This document shows positions 7,989-17,216 of a stretch of 37,471 bases of DNA, piece by piece. This DNA is from a virus (lineage: Duplodnaviria; Caudoviricetes): IMG/VR virus record IMGVR_UViG_3300032335_000770, positions 1-37,471 of that record; one strand, 5' to 3'. Positions within the stretch are counted from its first letter, which is position 1. Each line of letters opens with the position of its first letter. Below the pieces are notes generated by a model, which was given only the letters and a program-made list of their open reading frames with translations, ran no database searches and had not been told where the DNA came from. The translations under genes were made by a program, and so were the position numbers.

Positions 7989-8657
7989 TTATGGCGTGCC
8001 TTTCATGGCGGCGTCGATGGCGGCGCGGATTTCTTGGCTTTTTAGCCAAACCAGCACGCGCCCGTCGTGCGAGTAAATGTCGTCGGCGTTGCCCCATAAC
8101 CAATCCAGCCGCGCTGTGTCAGCCTCGGCTTTCTCGGCGCGGGCAATGGCTTGCGATAGCGGCGTGCCGGTGGCGTGGTTGGTCGCGCCTTCAAGGTAGT
8201 GGAGACGGTCGGCTTGGTTGCCGATCTTGGCCGTCAACCGCTCCACCTCGGCGCGGAGGCGGGATACTACCGACGCGACCTCGTTGGGAACACACTCCAA
8301 AAACTCAACGCTAACGTCCGTCGTGCAGCACCCTCCATTTCTGAGAGCAGCGAGGATTGCAGGGAACAGAGCGCGAAGGCGGGTGTTTTCTTCAAGCACA
8401 AACCTTAGCCTTTCGGCTCCCGTTGCATTTACGCTAAGTAGCTCCTCGCACTCCGCTTTCGCGGCGGCGAGTTCGGTTTCGAGCTTCGCGCCCTTTTCGA
8501 TCAGTAGGTTTCGATTCTCTTTTTCGCGGGCGAGTTCGGTTTCGAGTTCGCGGGCGAGGTCAACCATGCGCTTGTAGGTCTCCGCAGAGACGCGGTGGTT
8601 AGTGATAAGTGGAGTTTCCTCGTCATCCGTGCGCGGCGTGGCGGTGGGCGTGCTCAT
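7989..8657 (-). CDS. modular coiled-coil protein (TPRTD family)
   Basis: TPRTD, ARELETELA, RAEVERL and RLDWL...RAAIDAAMK modules. Confidence 0.7.
   Translation of the reverse strand: MSTPTATPRTDDEETPLITNHRVSAETYKRMVDLARELETELAREKENRNLLIEKGAKLETELAAAKAECEELLSVNATGAERLRFVLEENTRLRALFPAILAALRNGGCCTTDVSVEFLECVPNEVASVVSRLRAEVERLTAKIGNQADRLHYLEGATNHATGTPLSQAIARAEKAEADTARLDWLWGNADDIYSHDGRVLVWLKSQEIRAAIDAAMKGTP
8122..8262. repeat. 141-bp direct repeat, copy 1 (copy 2 at 9391-9531)
   Basis: About 13 mismatches by manual alignment, mostly synonymous. Confidence 0.9.
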
Positions 8658-8875
8658 CGTGAATCCTCCTTCGTCGCGGCGAGCGCGTCTTCAACGTATT
8701 GGCAATAATAGCTCTGTTCGTCGTGCCGACGCTCCAGCGCAGAGCGCAGCACGCGCACCTTCTCGCGCTCGGCGGCGAGTTCGGTTTTGAGGGTGCGGGC
8801 GAATGATGCCCATACAACCTTTTCTCCGGTTGCGTTAGTCCATTCTTGGTTATCTGTGCGTAAACTAGTGCTCAT
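8654..8875 (-). CDS. small modular protein (SLRTD variant)
   Basis: SLRTD..FARTLKTELAA; ATGA overlap. Confidence 0.65.
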   Translation of the reverse strand: MSTSLRTDNQEWTNATGEKVVWASFARTLKTELAAEREKVRVLRSALERRHDEQSYYCQYVEDALAATKEDSR

Positions 8876-8888
8876 TTGCTGGCCTCCT

Positions 8889-9698
8889 TCATAGCTCGCA
8901 GGCGTAACCGAGGTTGTCCTCTCTAATTTGCTTCTTCAACCGCTCCACATAGGCGCGTTCGGCGCAAGCGCGGGCGTGGTCCTTAGCCGCTTGCTCCCAA
9001 ATTGTGCCATTCGGGTCGCGCAGTTCGCAGCCGTAACTGCGATTGTCGTCCTTGATTTGCTTCTTCAACCGCTCCACCTCGGCGCGGAGCGTGACCTGAT
9101 CTTCACGCAGCAATCGGATCGCTTCGCTCCTGATAAACGGTGGTCCGCCTGCGTTTCTCAGGTCGGTGCAAATCGTGTTGAGTTCTTCAACGACCGTGCG
9201 CGTTTGGGTGTGTAGATTCTTTTCGTCGGCAAGCTCGGCGCGGAGGCTGTCGCGCTCGGCCGCAAGCGCGGTGAGTTCGGCCTCAAGGTCTTGGCAGTGG
9301 TGAATCCGCGTCTGCTGGCCCTTGATGAACTCGTGAACGATTTCGGGCGTGCCGCCCCAGAGGTTGAGCACGGACCAGTCGGCGAGTTCGGCCTCGGCTT
9401 TCTCGGCGCGAGCGATGGCTTGCGATAGCGGCGTGCCAGTGGCGTGGTTGGTCGCGCCTTCAAGGTAGCGTATCCTATCCGCTTGGTTTCCGATTTTGGC
9501 CGTTAACCGCTCCACCTCGGCGCGGAGGCGGCGGCGGTCCGCATCGGCACCAAAGCGCAGGCGTTCGGTTTCGGCCAGTTCGGTTTCGAGGATGCGGGCG
9601 AACTCAGGCCAAACAATATCCACCCCGTTCATTGGATAGAGTGCCGCGTCCGTGCGCGGCGTGGCGGTGGTGCGCGGTGTGGGTTGATCGGTGGTCAT
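8889..9698 (-). CDS. modular coiled-coil protein (TPRTD family)
   Basis: TPRTTATPRTD, FARILETELA, three RAEVERL-like units and a duplicated ERLKKQI..DN..Y.CEL tail. Confidence 0.7.
   Translation of the reverse strand: MTTDQPTPRTTATPRTDAALYPMNGVDIVWPEFARILETELAETERLRFGADADRRRLRAEVERLTAKIGNQADRIRYLEGATNHATGTPLSQAIARAEKAEAELADWSVLNLWGGTPEIVHEFIKGQQTRIHHCQDLEAELTALAAERDSLRAELADEKNLHTQTRTVVEELNTICTDLRNAGGPPFIRSEAIRLLREDQVTLRAEVERLKKQIKDDNRSYGCELRDPNGTIWEQAAKDHARACAERAYVERLKKQIREDNLGYACEL
9391..9531. repeat. 141-bp direct repeat, copy 2
   Basis: Matches 8122-8262. Confidence 0.9.
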
Positions 9699-9943
9699 TT
9701 TTTGGAGAGTGCAGCCTTGGCTTTGTTTCGAGCCCAGTTTCCTACGTTTTCGAAGCCCTTTGCGTTGGCGATTTCTTCAAGAGTTTTTCGGTAACAATCG
9801 CTTTCACGTTCGAGTTCTCTCGCAAGTTTTATGCGTGCTTGCTCGACATAGTAATCATGAGGTCTCGTCTCATACATTTTTCGTTCTGAGGCATCCGTGC
9901 GAGGAGTCGGCGCAAGGGTGCTGGATTGGTCGAGTGAGTTCAT
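9695..9943 (-). CDS. small modular protein (TPRTD family)
   Basis: MNSLDQSSTLAPTPRTD..LARELERE; ATGA overlaps on both sides. Confidence 0.65.
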   Translation of the reverse strand: MNSLDQSSTLAPTPRTDASERKMYETRPHDYYVEQARIKLARELERESDCYRKTLEEIANAKGFENVGNWARNKAKAALSKK

Positions 9944-10323
9944 TTTTTGGAAAGTGCCTTGACCCGCACGCCGTAGCCCTTGGTCGCCTGCTTGAGATGA
10001 CCTCTCGGACCGCCGTTGTGCACGCGCGCCAGCACCTCGACATCGCCCGCCTTCCACGCCGCCGGAGCGTAGCGCTTGAGGTAGGCGGTCGCGACGCGCT
10101 TCGAGTATTCAAGATCCGCAACGCGGCTGTAATCGCCCGCAACGCGGCTGTCAGCGTGGTATGCGCGGTGGATCTGGAGCGGTCCCAGCGCCTTGCCGTT
10201 GTCGCCGATGATCGGACCGGTGCGGCCGGAGGTCTCGACGATGTGCAGAGCGCGGAAGAAGCTATCAGGTGGAGCGGCGTGCGCGGTGGCGCAGAGCGCG
10301 AGGAGGAGAGCAGCGAGTTTCAT
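9940..10323 (-). CDS. i-type (destabilase-like) lysozyme-fold protein with signal peptide
   Basis: MKLAALLLALCATAHA signal; IVETSG, GPLQIHRAY..D and ARVHNGGPRG...TKGY motifs. Confidence 0.8.
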   Translation of the reverse strand: MKLAALLLALCATAHAAPPDSFFRALHIVETSGRTGPIIGDNGKALGPLQIHRAYHADSRVAGDYSRVADLEYSKRVATAYLKRYAPAAWKAGDVEVLARVHNGGPRGHLKQATKGYGVRVKALSKK

Positions 10324-10484
10324 TTGGTGAGTTTGGCTGCGTTGCGCTTGGCGGTCTCGACCTGGCGCTTCGTGCAGCCCGCGCCGATAGATTCGGCGAG
10401 AGCGATTGCGCGGTCGGCGCGAGCTTGATCGGGCGCGGTGATCGCGAGGATCAGCGCGTTTGTGAGTGCGGTGGTCGGGCTCAT
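10320..10484 (-). CDS. hypothetical 54-aa protein
   Basis: MSPTTALTNALILAITAP...; ATGA-coupled on both sides. Confidence 0.6.
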   Translation of the reverse strand: MSPTTALTNALILAITAPDQARADRAIALAESIGAGCTKRQVETAKRNAAKLTK

Positions 10485-10696
10485 GCGCGGAAGATCGGAG
10501 CCATCGAGTATTTGCCGAGCGCAAAAACGTATTCGCCTTGGTCGTCGGTCATTACCTTTTTGCGGCTCACGTTGCCCTGCTCTTTGAGGGTGACGAAGGA
10601 GCCTTTGCGCTCGATCACTTCCACCGAAAAGATGCAGCCGTAATCGCAAACGCTGCGAGCCTTGAGGGTTTGTCCTGCTTGAATCGTGTTGGTCAT
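10481..10696 (-). CDS. hypothetical beta-rich protein, first gene of the early arm
   Basis: MTNTIQAGQTLKARSVCD...; follows the putative promoter. Confidence 0.65.
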   Translation of the reverse strand: MTNTIQAGQTLKARSVCDYGCIFSVEVIERKGSFVTLKEQGNVSRKKVMTDDQGEYVFALGKYSMAPIFRA

Positions 10697-10736
10697 TTTT
10701 GATTTTGTCGTCGGGTTAATTCCCTCCGATGAGAAA

Positions 10737-10789
10737 AACATACACATCCGCCCCGCGATGTGAAGAAAAATGTGCGATAAATCGCACAT
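10737..10789 (-). promoter_or_regulatory. putative sigma70-type early promoter with palindromic operator(s)
   Basis: TTCACA-16nt-(TG)TATGTT. Palindrome atgtgcgat-aa-atcgcacat at 10770-10789; cacatc-N8-gatgtg across the spacer. Confidence 0.5.
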
Positions 10790-10818
10790 AGAAACCGAGA
10801 CCGCTAACGCTCAACAAC

Positions 10819-11088
10819 TTACGTGCGCTTCTTTTTCCTATACCAGACGTAATGGTAGGCCCGTGCGCCTTGGTTTTTCGTGCCTTCGAACTTTTCGAGC
10901 ACGCCTAGCTTCAATCCTCGGCGCAGACTCTTTCGAGCCTGGCAGCGAGAAATTTTTAGTTTTGCCGAAACCTCCGACGAGCAGAGCCAGCCCGAGCCCG
11001 GTGGTCGGATTTCCTTTTGAACCAAAAGCGCTTGCAGCTCGTGCGCCCAGTCGTCAGCCGCCGTAGGTTTTGATTTCGCTGGCTGCAT
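10819..11088 (-). CDS. winged-HTH-like protein
   Basis: GWLCSSEVSAKLKISRCQARKSLRRGLKLGVLEKF; start at MQPAK. Confidence 0.55.
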   Translation of the reverse strand: MQPAKSKPTAADDWAHELQALLVQKEIRPPGSGWLCSSEVSAKLKISRCQARKSLRRGLKLGVLEKFEGTKNQGARAYHYVWYRKKKRT

Positions 11089-11803
11089 AAAATTGACCGT
11101 TGATTTTTCGTGTCTGGAAAAGCTGATACGTTCCGTCTGGAAATAAAATACCGTAGGCCCAGCCCTGCGCCCAACGTAGTTTACCGGTCTTCTTATTGAT
11201 ATAGTCCATGTCCTTTCGACAAAGACACCCGATGCTCCGCGCCTCGGCCGGTTCGCGTGCCGAGACCGGAGCAGACTCGATCGTATGAACGTGCCCGAAA
11301 ATGCAATTGCGGTAAATGTTCGCGTGCATCCGGCACGCTCCGACGCCCGCGTGGTAGCCGTGAATGACCGAGAGCTTCCCAAGATCGAGCACGCCGAGGT
11401 CGGAGTCGTAAGGCAGCATTTTTGCGCCGGACTTTTTCACGATGGATTCAAGCCGTTTGATTCCGTCCCGCGCATAATCGCGCATCATGCCCGTCGCGCT
11501 GTTCTGGAAATCGTAAATCCGCTCGTCGTGGTTGCCGCGCAAAAAGTGCTTCGACTTCCCGCCGTCAAAAAAGCGCCGCAGGAAATCGGCGCCGCCCTCC
11601 CAGTCCTCGGCAAGTGACGCGGCCTTTTCATCGTCGCTCGCGCCTTTGCGGAGATTGCGGAAATCGAAGTTGTCGCCCGCGTGAATTCTGATCTCCGGTT
11701 TCCAGTCCGAGATGAAAGACCAAAGCGCGTCAACGCTCGCAACGTCCGCCATGTCGCCGTGATTGTCGCTGACGACGATGAAGCGTTGCGCGTTTTTGGT
11801 CAT
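11054..11803 (-). CDS. calcineurin-like metallophosphoesterase
   Basis: SDNHG, GDNFD, GNHD, IHG and GHVH motifs. Confidence 0.9.
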   Translation of the reverse strand: MTKNAQRFIVVSDNHGDMADVASVDALWSFISDWKPEIRIHAGDNFDFRNLRKGASDDEKAASLAEDWEGGADFLRRFFDGGKSKHFLRGNHDERIYDFQNSATGMMRDYARDGIKRLESIVKKSGAKMLPYDSDLGVLDLGKLSVIHGYHAGVGACRMHANIYRNCIFGHVHTIESAPVSAREPAEARSIGCLCRKDMDYINKKTGKLRWAQGWAYGILFPDGTYQLFQTRKINGQFYAASEIKTYGG

Positions 11804-14373
11804 TGGACGAAGTGAATCGTAAAGCGCCGAGAGCCTGCGGAGATGTTTGAGCCGTCAATGGTCGCGGCTTGAAAGACCGTGTCGTTCGAGTTGTTGCCCG
11901 CCGCCGCGTAGTCGTGCGCGATGAGCAGGTCGTTCGCCGGGTCAACGCACGAGGCAAGCACGTAGTTTTGTGTCGTGCCGAGCGAGTGCGTAAACGTGAA
12001 CGTTTCGGTCGGTGAGCCGCCTGTGAGACTCTGAACGTGCGAAAAACGATTTATCCCGAGGTTGGCGCGAGCGGCAGACGGGCTGGCGACGTCCGAGAGG
12101 TTCGAGGCTTTTTGAGCTGAGCCGGTGATTCGGGTGTCGTCGCCGGCTGCGATTGTCTGCGTCGCCGTGCCGAAGTTTAGACCGAGGTTGCTGGAAGAAT
12201 TCGCGTTGCCGATGCGAACAAAAGCGGAAGCGACGCCGGAGCGATTGACTGAGCGCACGCGAACGTAGCCGACTCCGTTCGTCAGATTGTAAAGCGCACA
12301 CTGAGCCTCGTAAATAATTTCAAGTCGGTTGCTCACTCCGTTGACCGCCCACGAGAAATCGGTTGCCGCATCGCTGTCTGTTATCGTGGCTTTAATCTCG
12401 TAGTGGCTGAAATCTGCTTCGGTATTTGCGGTCCATTTTGCAATGACTCCGAAGGCAAACACTCCGGTAATCAAAAGTGGTTTTACGCCGTCCGACGAAA
12501 GACTTGTTGAAGCTGGAGCAGTCGGCGGTGTCGTGCTTGCGGCGACCGTAATCGACCCGCTGACATACGTCGTCGTAATTCCAAAATAACTCTCCCCGTA
12601 AATCCGCACATTGTAGTTGGTGCCGATCTGCACGTCAGACGAAATGAAGTCCTCGGTCTGCGCTCCCTCGACTCGCGCCCACGTCAGATAAGTCGTGCTC
12701 GCCGCTGGCTTGTATTCGATGACAACCGAGCCGCCCGACTGGATGAATTCAGATGCCGGTGCCGTCCATGCGACTTTGATGCGCGGAATGGCTGCTCCGT
12801 CCGCCTGCAAAAACTGCGTGGTGCCGTCTGCGGTGAGTGCAAGATTCGTCGGAGCGCCGAGCGTAAACGGATCTGGCAACGTCGTGTTCGGCGAGTCCGG
12901 CACGGCGATTTCGTCCGAGACGGTCCACGAGTAAACCGAGGAAGCGGTCTCCCGCAGAGTCATGTCGATGAACACCTGCGGCGGCGTCCCGTCGCTTGCG
13001 AAGTTCCACTCCATAACCTCGAACACCTTCGACGACCAGCCGAGCTTTTCGTTGGTAATCATGACCGTGTCCCCGGCGCGGACCTGCATCGCTTCGAGGC
13101 GGAAGCGAGCCGAGAACGTGATTTCCTCCCGAGCGCGGCGCAGCTCAAGCACCGCCAGCCGTTGAGCGCAGCTAGGCGAGGTGGTAAACGGAAGCACAAC
13201 GTCCCGAAAAAACACGTTGTTGTTGTCGGCGGTGACGTAGGTGGCCGAGCTAATCGTCGGGAAGTCCGTCACCTGCCAGTTGTTCGTCTCCGAAACGTAA
13301 ACGCCTTTGACCGAGTTCACGCGGTCGCGTGCACTCGTTCGCGTCTGCACGTTAAGCGGTCCCACGAAATGCTTCTCGGTCAACGTCACCGTTGGGATGC
13401 GGTAGGCGGACGCGTAGGGAACGATGCGGCCGCCCGTGTAGGCGATCAGGCCGCCCATTGCGCTCAGGAGCTTGCCGATGTTCTCGTCGGGCGATGCGCT
13501 TGTCACGATGACGCCGTTGGCCTCGTAGCGGTTTTCGTAAACCGTCGGCGAGAGCGGAAGGATTTGAACTTGTTCCTCGCAGATGGTTGCAGCGACGCCG
13601 AAAGCGGTGTCGTCCACCTCGGCTGCGGTCATGCCCATGCCGAGCGACGTGTCGGTGAGGTAGTCGCGCAAGCAGAGCGCAGCGTTGGCGGAATAGGCGG
13701 TTGTCGCCGTGCGCGGATCAAGCACCTTCTTGCCGCGAATGACGGCGCTGATGTTTGGAATCCCGCTCGGGAATTTCTCGGCGTCCCACGTCAGGCGAAC
13801 GTAAAGGTAGGCGATGCCAGAGAGCGTGTGGTCCGAGGTCCAGCGACCGTTGGCCAGAGGCGGGTTGTTTGTATCGTAAATCAAATCCGCGTCAGCAAGA
13901 TCGCCGGGAACGCCGCGCTTTTTGTTGATGCGGGCAACGCCGTTGTAGAACGAGCCAGCGTCGGGAGTGTTGCTTGTGCCGGTAAGCGGCACCAGCTCGT
14001 CGTTGAAATACACCTCGTCAATCGCTTCGACCTCGTGGCCGGCGAGCGTCAAGACGATGTGCAAGTATTCGTTCTTGGTGCCCGTCGTGCTGAGGTAAAC
14101 GATTGTCCCGCTGACTCGGCATTTGCCGTAAACAATCGTCCGCGCCGAGATTGGATTGCGAACCAACTGCGACCGGTCCGAGAGCGACGAGTCCGAGAAG
14201 CTCGGCATCTTCGGCGCGAGCAGTTTAGACGCGGCCATTGATGCGCCGATGACTCCGATGAAAGAGACGGTGTATCCGATCGCGGTCGCAACGGCTGCCG
14301 ACGTTGTAACGCCGATGCTTAATGCTGCACCCGCGACTGCTTTTGCGGCGGCGAAGATAATCCCTTGTGGCAT
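11800..14373 (-). CDS. tail tip / host-specificity protein (gpJ-like)
   Basis: 857 aa. IVYGKCRVSG, GIAYLYVRL, RGKKVLDPR, SANAALCLRDYL motifs and FN3-like domains. Confidence 0.85.
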   Translation of the reverse strand: MPQGIIFAAAKAVAGAALSIGVTTSAAVATAIGYTVSFIGVIGASMAASKLLAPKMPSFSDSSLSDRSQLVRNPISARTIVYGKCRVSGTIVYLSTTGTKNEYLHIVLTLAGHEVEAIDEVYFNDELVPLTGTSNTPDAGSFYNGVARINKKRGVPGDLADADLIYDTNNPPLANGRWTSDHTLSGIAYLYVRLTWDAEKFPSGIPNISAVIRGKKVLDPRTATTAYSANAALCLRDYLTDTSLGMGMTAAEVDDTAFGVAATICEEQVQILPLSPTVYENRYEANGVIVTSASPDENIGKLLSAMGGLIAYTGGRIVPYASAYRIPTVTLTEKHFVGPLNVQTRTSARDRVNSVKGVYVSETNNWQVTDFPTISSATYVTADNNNVFFRDVVLPFTTSPSCAQRLAVLELRRAREEITFSARFRLEAMQVRAGDTVMITNEKLGWSSKVFEVMEWNFASDGTPPQVFIDMTLRETASSVYSWTVSDEIAVPDSPNTTLPDPFTLGAPTNLALTADGTTQFLQADGAAIPRIKVAWTAPASEFIQSGGSVVIEYKPAASTTYLTWARVEGAQTEDFISSDVQIGTNYNVRIYGESYFGITTTYVSGSITVAASTTPPTAPASTSLSSDGVKPLLITGVFAFGVIAKWTANTEADFSHYEIKATITDSDAATDFSWAVNGVSNRLEIIYEAQCALYNLTNGVGYVRVRSVNRSGVASAFVRIGNANSSSNLGLNFGTATQTIAAGDDTRITGSAQKASNLSDVASPSAARANLGINRFSHVQSLTGGSPTETFTFTHSLGTTQNYVLASCVDPANDLLIAHDYAAAGNNSNDTVFQAATIDGSNISAGSRRFTIHFVQ

Positions 14374-14375
14374 GT

Positions 14376-14804
14376 TTAGATTTTCCAGAAACGCGTTTCC
14401 GCGCTGTCGTTTAAGTCAGCGAATAAAAGACCGTCCTTCCCGACATAAGCGATTTTCGAGCCTATCACGATCGTCATAGTTGGACCGTTGCCACAATCGC
14501 GCACCGCAATGTCTCCCCGGGCAGCGAATCCTTGGCCGATTGGCTTGAATCCTAGAGGCTCCATGTGCGCTTGGATAGTTCCGATCAGACCGCCGTGTTT
14601 TTCGAGCACGCGGACGCCAGAAAGCGCGCTGTTGTAGGTGCCGCGCAGACGCGCCGCCGGGTCGATTCCAGTGCAAAGATCAATCCAGTTCGCCCCAAAT
14701 AAGCAGCAATCGTTTGCGCCCCACGCGAAAGGTTGATAGCGGCGCGATTCGATGAATTGCGCCAGCAGGTCCGGCCAGTTGTCGCGACGTGCTGGCATGG
14801 TCAC
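14376..14804 (-). CDS. NlpC/P60-like tail-associated protein (DUF6950-like)
   Basis: PFAWGANDCCLF..TGIDPAA..RGTY, ARGDI motifs. Confidence 0.75.
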   Translation of the reverse strand: MTMPARRDNWPDLLAQFIESRRYQPFAWGANDCCLFGANWIDLCTGIDPAARLRGTYNSALSGVRVLEKHGGLIGTIQAHMEPLGFKPIGQGFAARGDIAVRDCGNGPTMTIVIGSKIAYVGKDGLLFADLNDSAETRFWKI

Positions 14805-15430
14805 ATGTAAGAGGTTGACTCGCTCTCGTCTCCGCCGTCCCGAATCGGTGCCGCGAGCTTCGCGTTGCCCCAGTAGATTTGTTTTTCCTGAATCGCGTTC
14901 ACGAATTCCAATCCGAGATCCGTCGAGAAAAGGTTCTGCTGCTCCTCGTGCGTATAACGCACTTCACGCGGACGGCGAAAGTCCACGAGCTTGTTCTCGG
15001 CGGTCATGATTATCGTCGCGTTTTGGCCGTCGTCGTTGACCGACATAACATCCATGCGGCCGGCGAAGATCGTGACGGGCGAGGAGACAATGGCGCCGGT
15101 CGCGTCGAGTGCGCCGAATAGCACGGAGCATGCTTTGCCTTGGTAATTCTCCGTAAGCGCAAGCGAGACGTAAGCGCTAGGAATTCCCGAGAGCTGGAAG
15201 TTGATTCCCCGCGCCGAGAGGTCGGTCGTCTCTTCGACCGGCGAGATTGTCCCGAGTGTGCCGATGCCTTGATAAGTCACGCTGCCAACGGTGATCGTCC
15301 CGTAACCGCTCCAAAGCCGCACCGGCGTCGAGAACGAAAACGACGCGAGCAAGATCGGCGAGAGCTGCGACGCGCTGACCTCGGTGACCATATTGGCCGA
15401 GAGCGAGCGGCCTGCGGTGGTGATGCTCAT
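14801..15430 (-). CDS. tail hub / minor tail protein
   Basis: LWSGYG..YQGIGTLG..IFAGRMD..RYTHEEQ..WG. Start at MSITT (ATGA overlap). Confidence 0.75.
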   Translation of the reverse strand: MSITTAGRSLSANMVTEVSASQLSPILLASFSFSTPVRLWSGYGTITVGSVTYQGIGTLGTISPVEETTDLSARGINFQLSGIPSAYVSLALTENYQGKACSVLFGALDATGAIVSSPVTIFAGRMDVMSVNDDGQNATIIMTAENKLVDFRRPREVRYTHEEQQNLFSTDLGLEFVNAIQEKQIYWGNAKLAAPIRDGGDESESTSYM

Positions 15431-16008
15431 GATTCGACGTCCTCGATGATCGCAAAGCCCACGCCGTAAATGCTCGCCTCGCCGATAGCCCACTCGGTGC
15501 TCGGTGACGCGAGGCGGAAGACGCCCTTGGCGTTGGCGTAGGTGATCGACGTGCCGCCCGCGTAGCTTTTGCGTAGAGCCGGGAAAACGTCCACGCTGTT
15601 GCTCGCGTTCCACTTAATGACCTTGTAAAGCGAGGTGCTGATTTGCAGCCAGTCGCCGACCTCGAAGTTGCCGGTAGCTCCGCCGAACGTGAGCGTCGTG
15701 CCGTTTGCGGTCGCGCTCGAAACAGTCAGCGTGCCGGTAATATTCCCACGTGGCGACGGATTTGCGTAGTCTTGGAAATAGAACGTGCCGCGCTGCGCCG
15801 CGAGTAGGAACGAAATGATGGTTTCCGCGTCCGCCCGCTTCATGGGTGGGCAATCGACGGAGCCGAGCCAGGCCTGGCCCGGCCAGTTGTATTGCTGGGT
15901 TTGCAGCGTGAACGGCGACGTGTTGCGCGAGGTCGCAGAAACGCCCGTTAGCGACAAGCGCGAGAGGTTAAACGGGCTTGGCGGCGTGAGTGGGTAGGTG
16001 ATGGCCAT
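15427..16008 (-). CDS. distal tail protein
   Basis: SPFTLQTQ..W, FLLAAQRG..F..D motifs; directly after the tape measure gene. Confidence 0.7.
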   Translation of the reverse strand: MAITYPLTPPSPFNLSRLSLTGVSATSRNTSPFTLQTQQYNWPGQAWLGSVDCPPMKRADAETIISFLLAAQRGTFYFQDYANPSPRGNITGTLTVSSATANGTTLTFGGATGNFEVGDWLQISTSLYKVIKWNASNSVDVFPALRKSYAGGTSITYANAKGVFRLASPSTEWAIGEASIYGVGFAIIEDVES

Positions 16009-16013
16009 GAGGG

Positions 16014-17216
16014 TTAGGCGAAGGCTGCGCGGTATCCGCCGCCGCGTCGAACCATGTCGGGAATCTCGGCCTTCAGCCTCCGTCGCTCTTGTTCGAGGAT
16101 CGGAGCGAGTTCAGCCCGCGAGACGCCGGCCGCGATGTTGTAATTCACGGTGACACTTCCGCTGCCCGAACCGCTATCGCCGCCCATCTTGTTATTCGGT
16201 ACGATGGTGCCGCTGGCGTGTGGAACGAACAGCTCCGGTCCCTTTTCGCCGACGACGTAGGGCGAGCCGCTGGCGACGGGTCCGCCCATTGCGCGAAAGC
16301 CGAACGCGCCTTTGATTGCGCCTCCGATGCCGGCTGCGAGTGGTTGCGTGATAAGTTGGCTGAACACCAGCCGAACCAAATCGCGACCGAGTGAGCGAAC
16401 AACCTCGCCGAGCTTTTGCCCGCTGAGGATTGCGTCCTCGAAGCCTTGGGCGATTAGGTTGCCGGCTTCCATGCTGAGCCGCCCCTGTTCATCCAATAGC
16501 GGAGCGATCTTTTGCAAGACCAGCACCAGTTCGTTGTTTAACTCGGTGCGCTTTTTTAAGTCGCTCATATCCGCCTTTGCGATTTTGCCCATGATGGCCG
16601 ACTCCTGCGCCCTGAGAGCGGAGATTCTTTCGCCAAGGGACAAAGCCTCGCCCGAATAGATTGCGGCTTGAGCGCGGCCCAAATCTTCCAGCGACTTTTG
16701 ATACACTTCGTTTTCGGCGGTGAGTTTTGCCTGAGTCGCAGCCTTGAAGTCGGTTAGCTTTTTGATGGTTTCTTCGAGCGCGATCTGGTTCCGCAGCGCC
16801 TCGTTGTAGCCCTCTGTTCCGAGTGTCTGGCTTTGGTCGGTTATGACCTTGGATTCAAATTTGCTGCGATCTCGTTCCAGTTTCAAAAGCATCTGCTCGT
16901 CGCTCAATCTGTCCTCAAAGTTTCTCATCTGCGCTGCTCCTAGCTTTTCCTGCAACGCAATGCCTTCGTTGGATAACGCCTCTTGTTCCGCAGACGTTCC
17001 GCTGATGAGTCGCGCAATCTTTTCGGTGATGTTTTGGATGTTGACGCCGAGAGCGGTTGCAAAAGCAGTTCCGATCTGTTCCGCGTTGAACATTTTTTTG
17101 AACACTGAACCAGTTACCTTTGAGCTGTTCTGGAGCTTCGAAAGCGAGTTCTGCACGCTCGCAAAAGCCGCCCTCGTCGTATCGACCGCCCGCAGTATGA
17201 ATGATGCCTCAGCCAT
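16014..17216 (-). CDS. tape measure protein (short, 400 aa)
   Basis: LRAVDTTRAAFASV N-terminus, helical body, RAMGGPV..YVVGEKGPELFVP C-terminus. Confidence 0.8.
   Translation of the reverse strand: MAEASFILRAVDTTRAAFASVQNSLSKLQNSSKVTGSVFKKMFNAEQIGTAFATALGVNIQNITEKIARLISGTSAEQEALSNEGIALQEKLGAAQMRNFEDRLSDEQMLLKLERDRSKFESKVITDQSQTLGTEGYNEALRNQIALEETIKKLTDFKAATQAKLTAENEVYQKSLEDLGRAQAAIYSGEALSLGERISALRAQESAIMGKIAKADMSDLKKRTELNNELVLVLQKIAPLLDEQGRLSMEAGNLIAQGFEDAILSGQKLGEVVRSLGRDLVRLVFSQLITQPLAAGIGGAIKGAFGFRAMGGPVASGSPYVVGEKGPELFVPHASGTIVPNNKMGGDSGSGSGSVTVNYNIAAGVSRAELAPILEQERRRLKAEIPDMVRRGGGYRAAFA

Noticed and set aside
8122-9531. 141-bp repeat pair as a diversity-generating retroelement TR/VR
   Set aside because: Mismatches are not adenine-specific, are mostly synonymous, and no reverse transcriptase is present.
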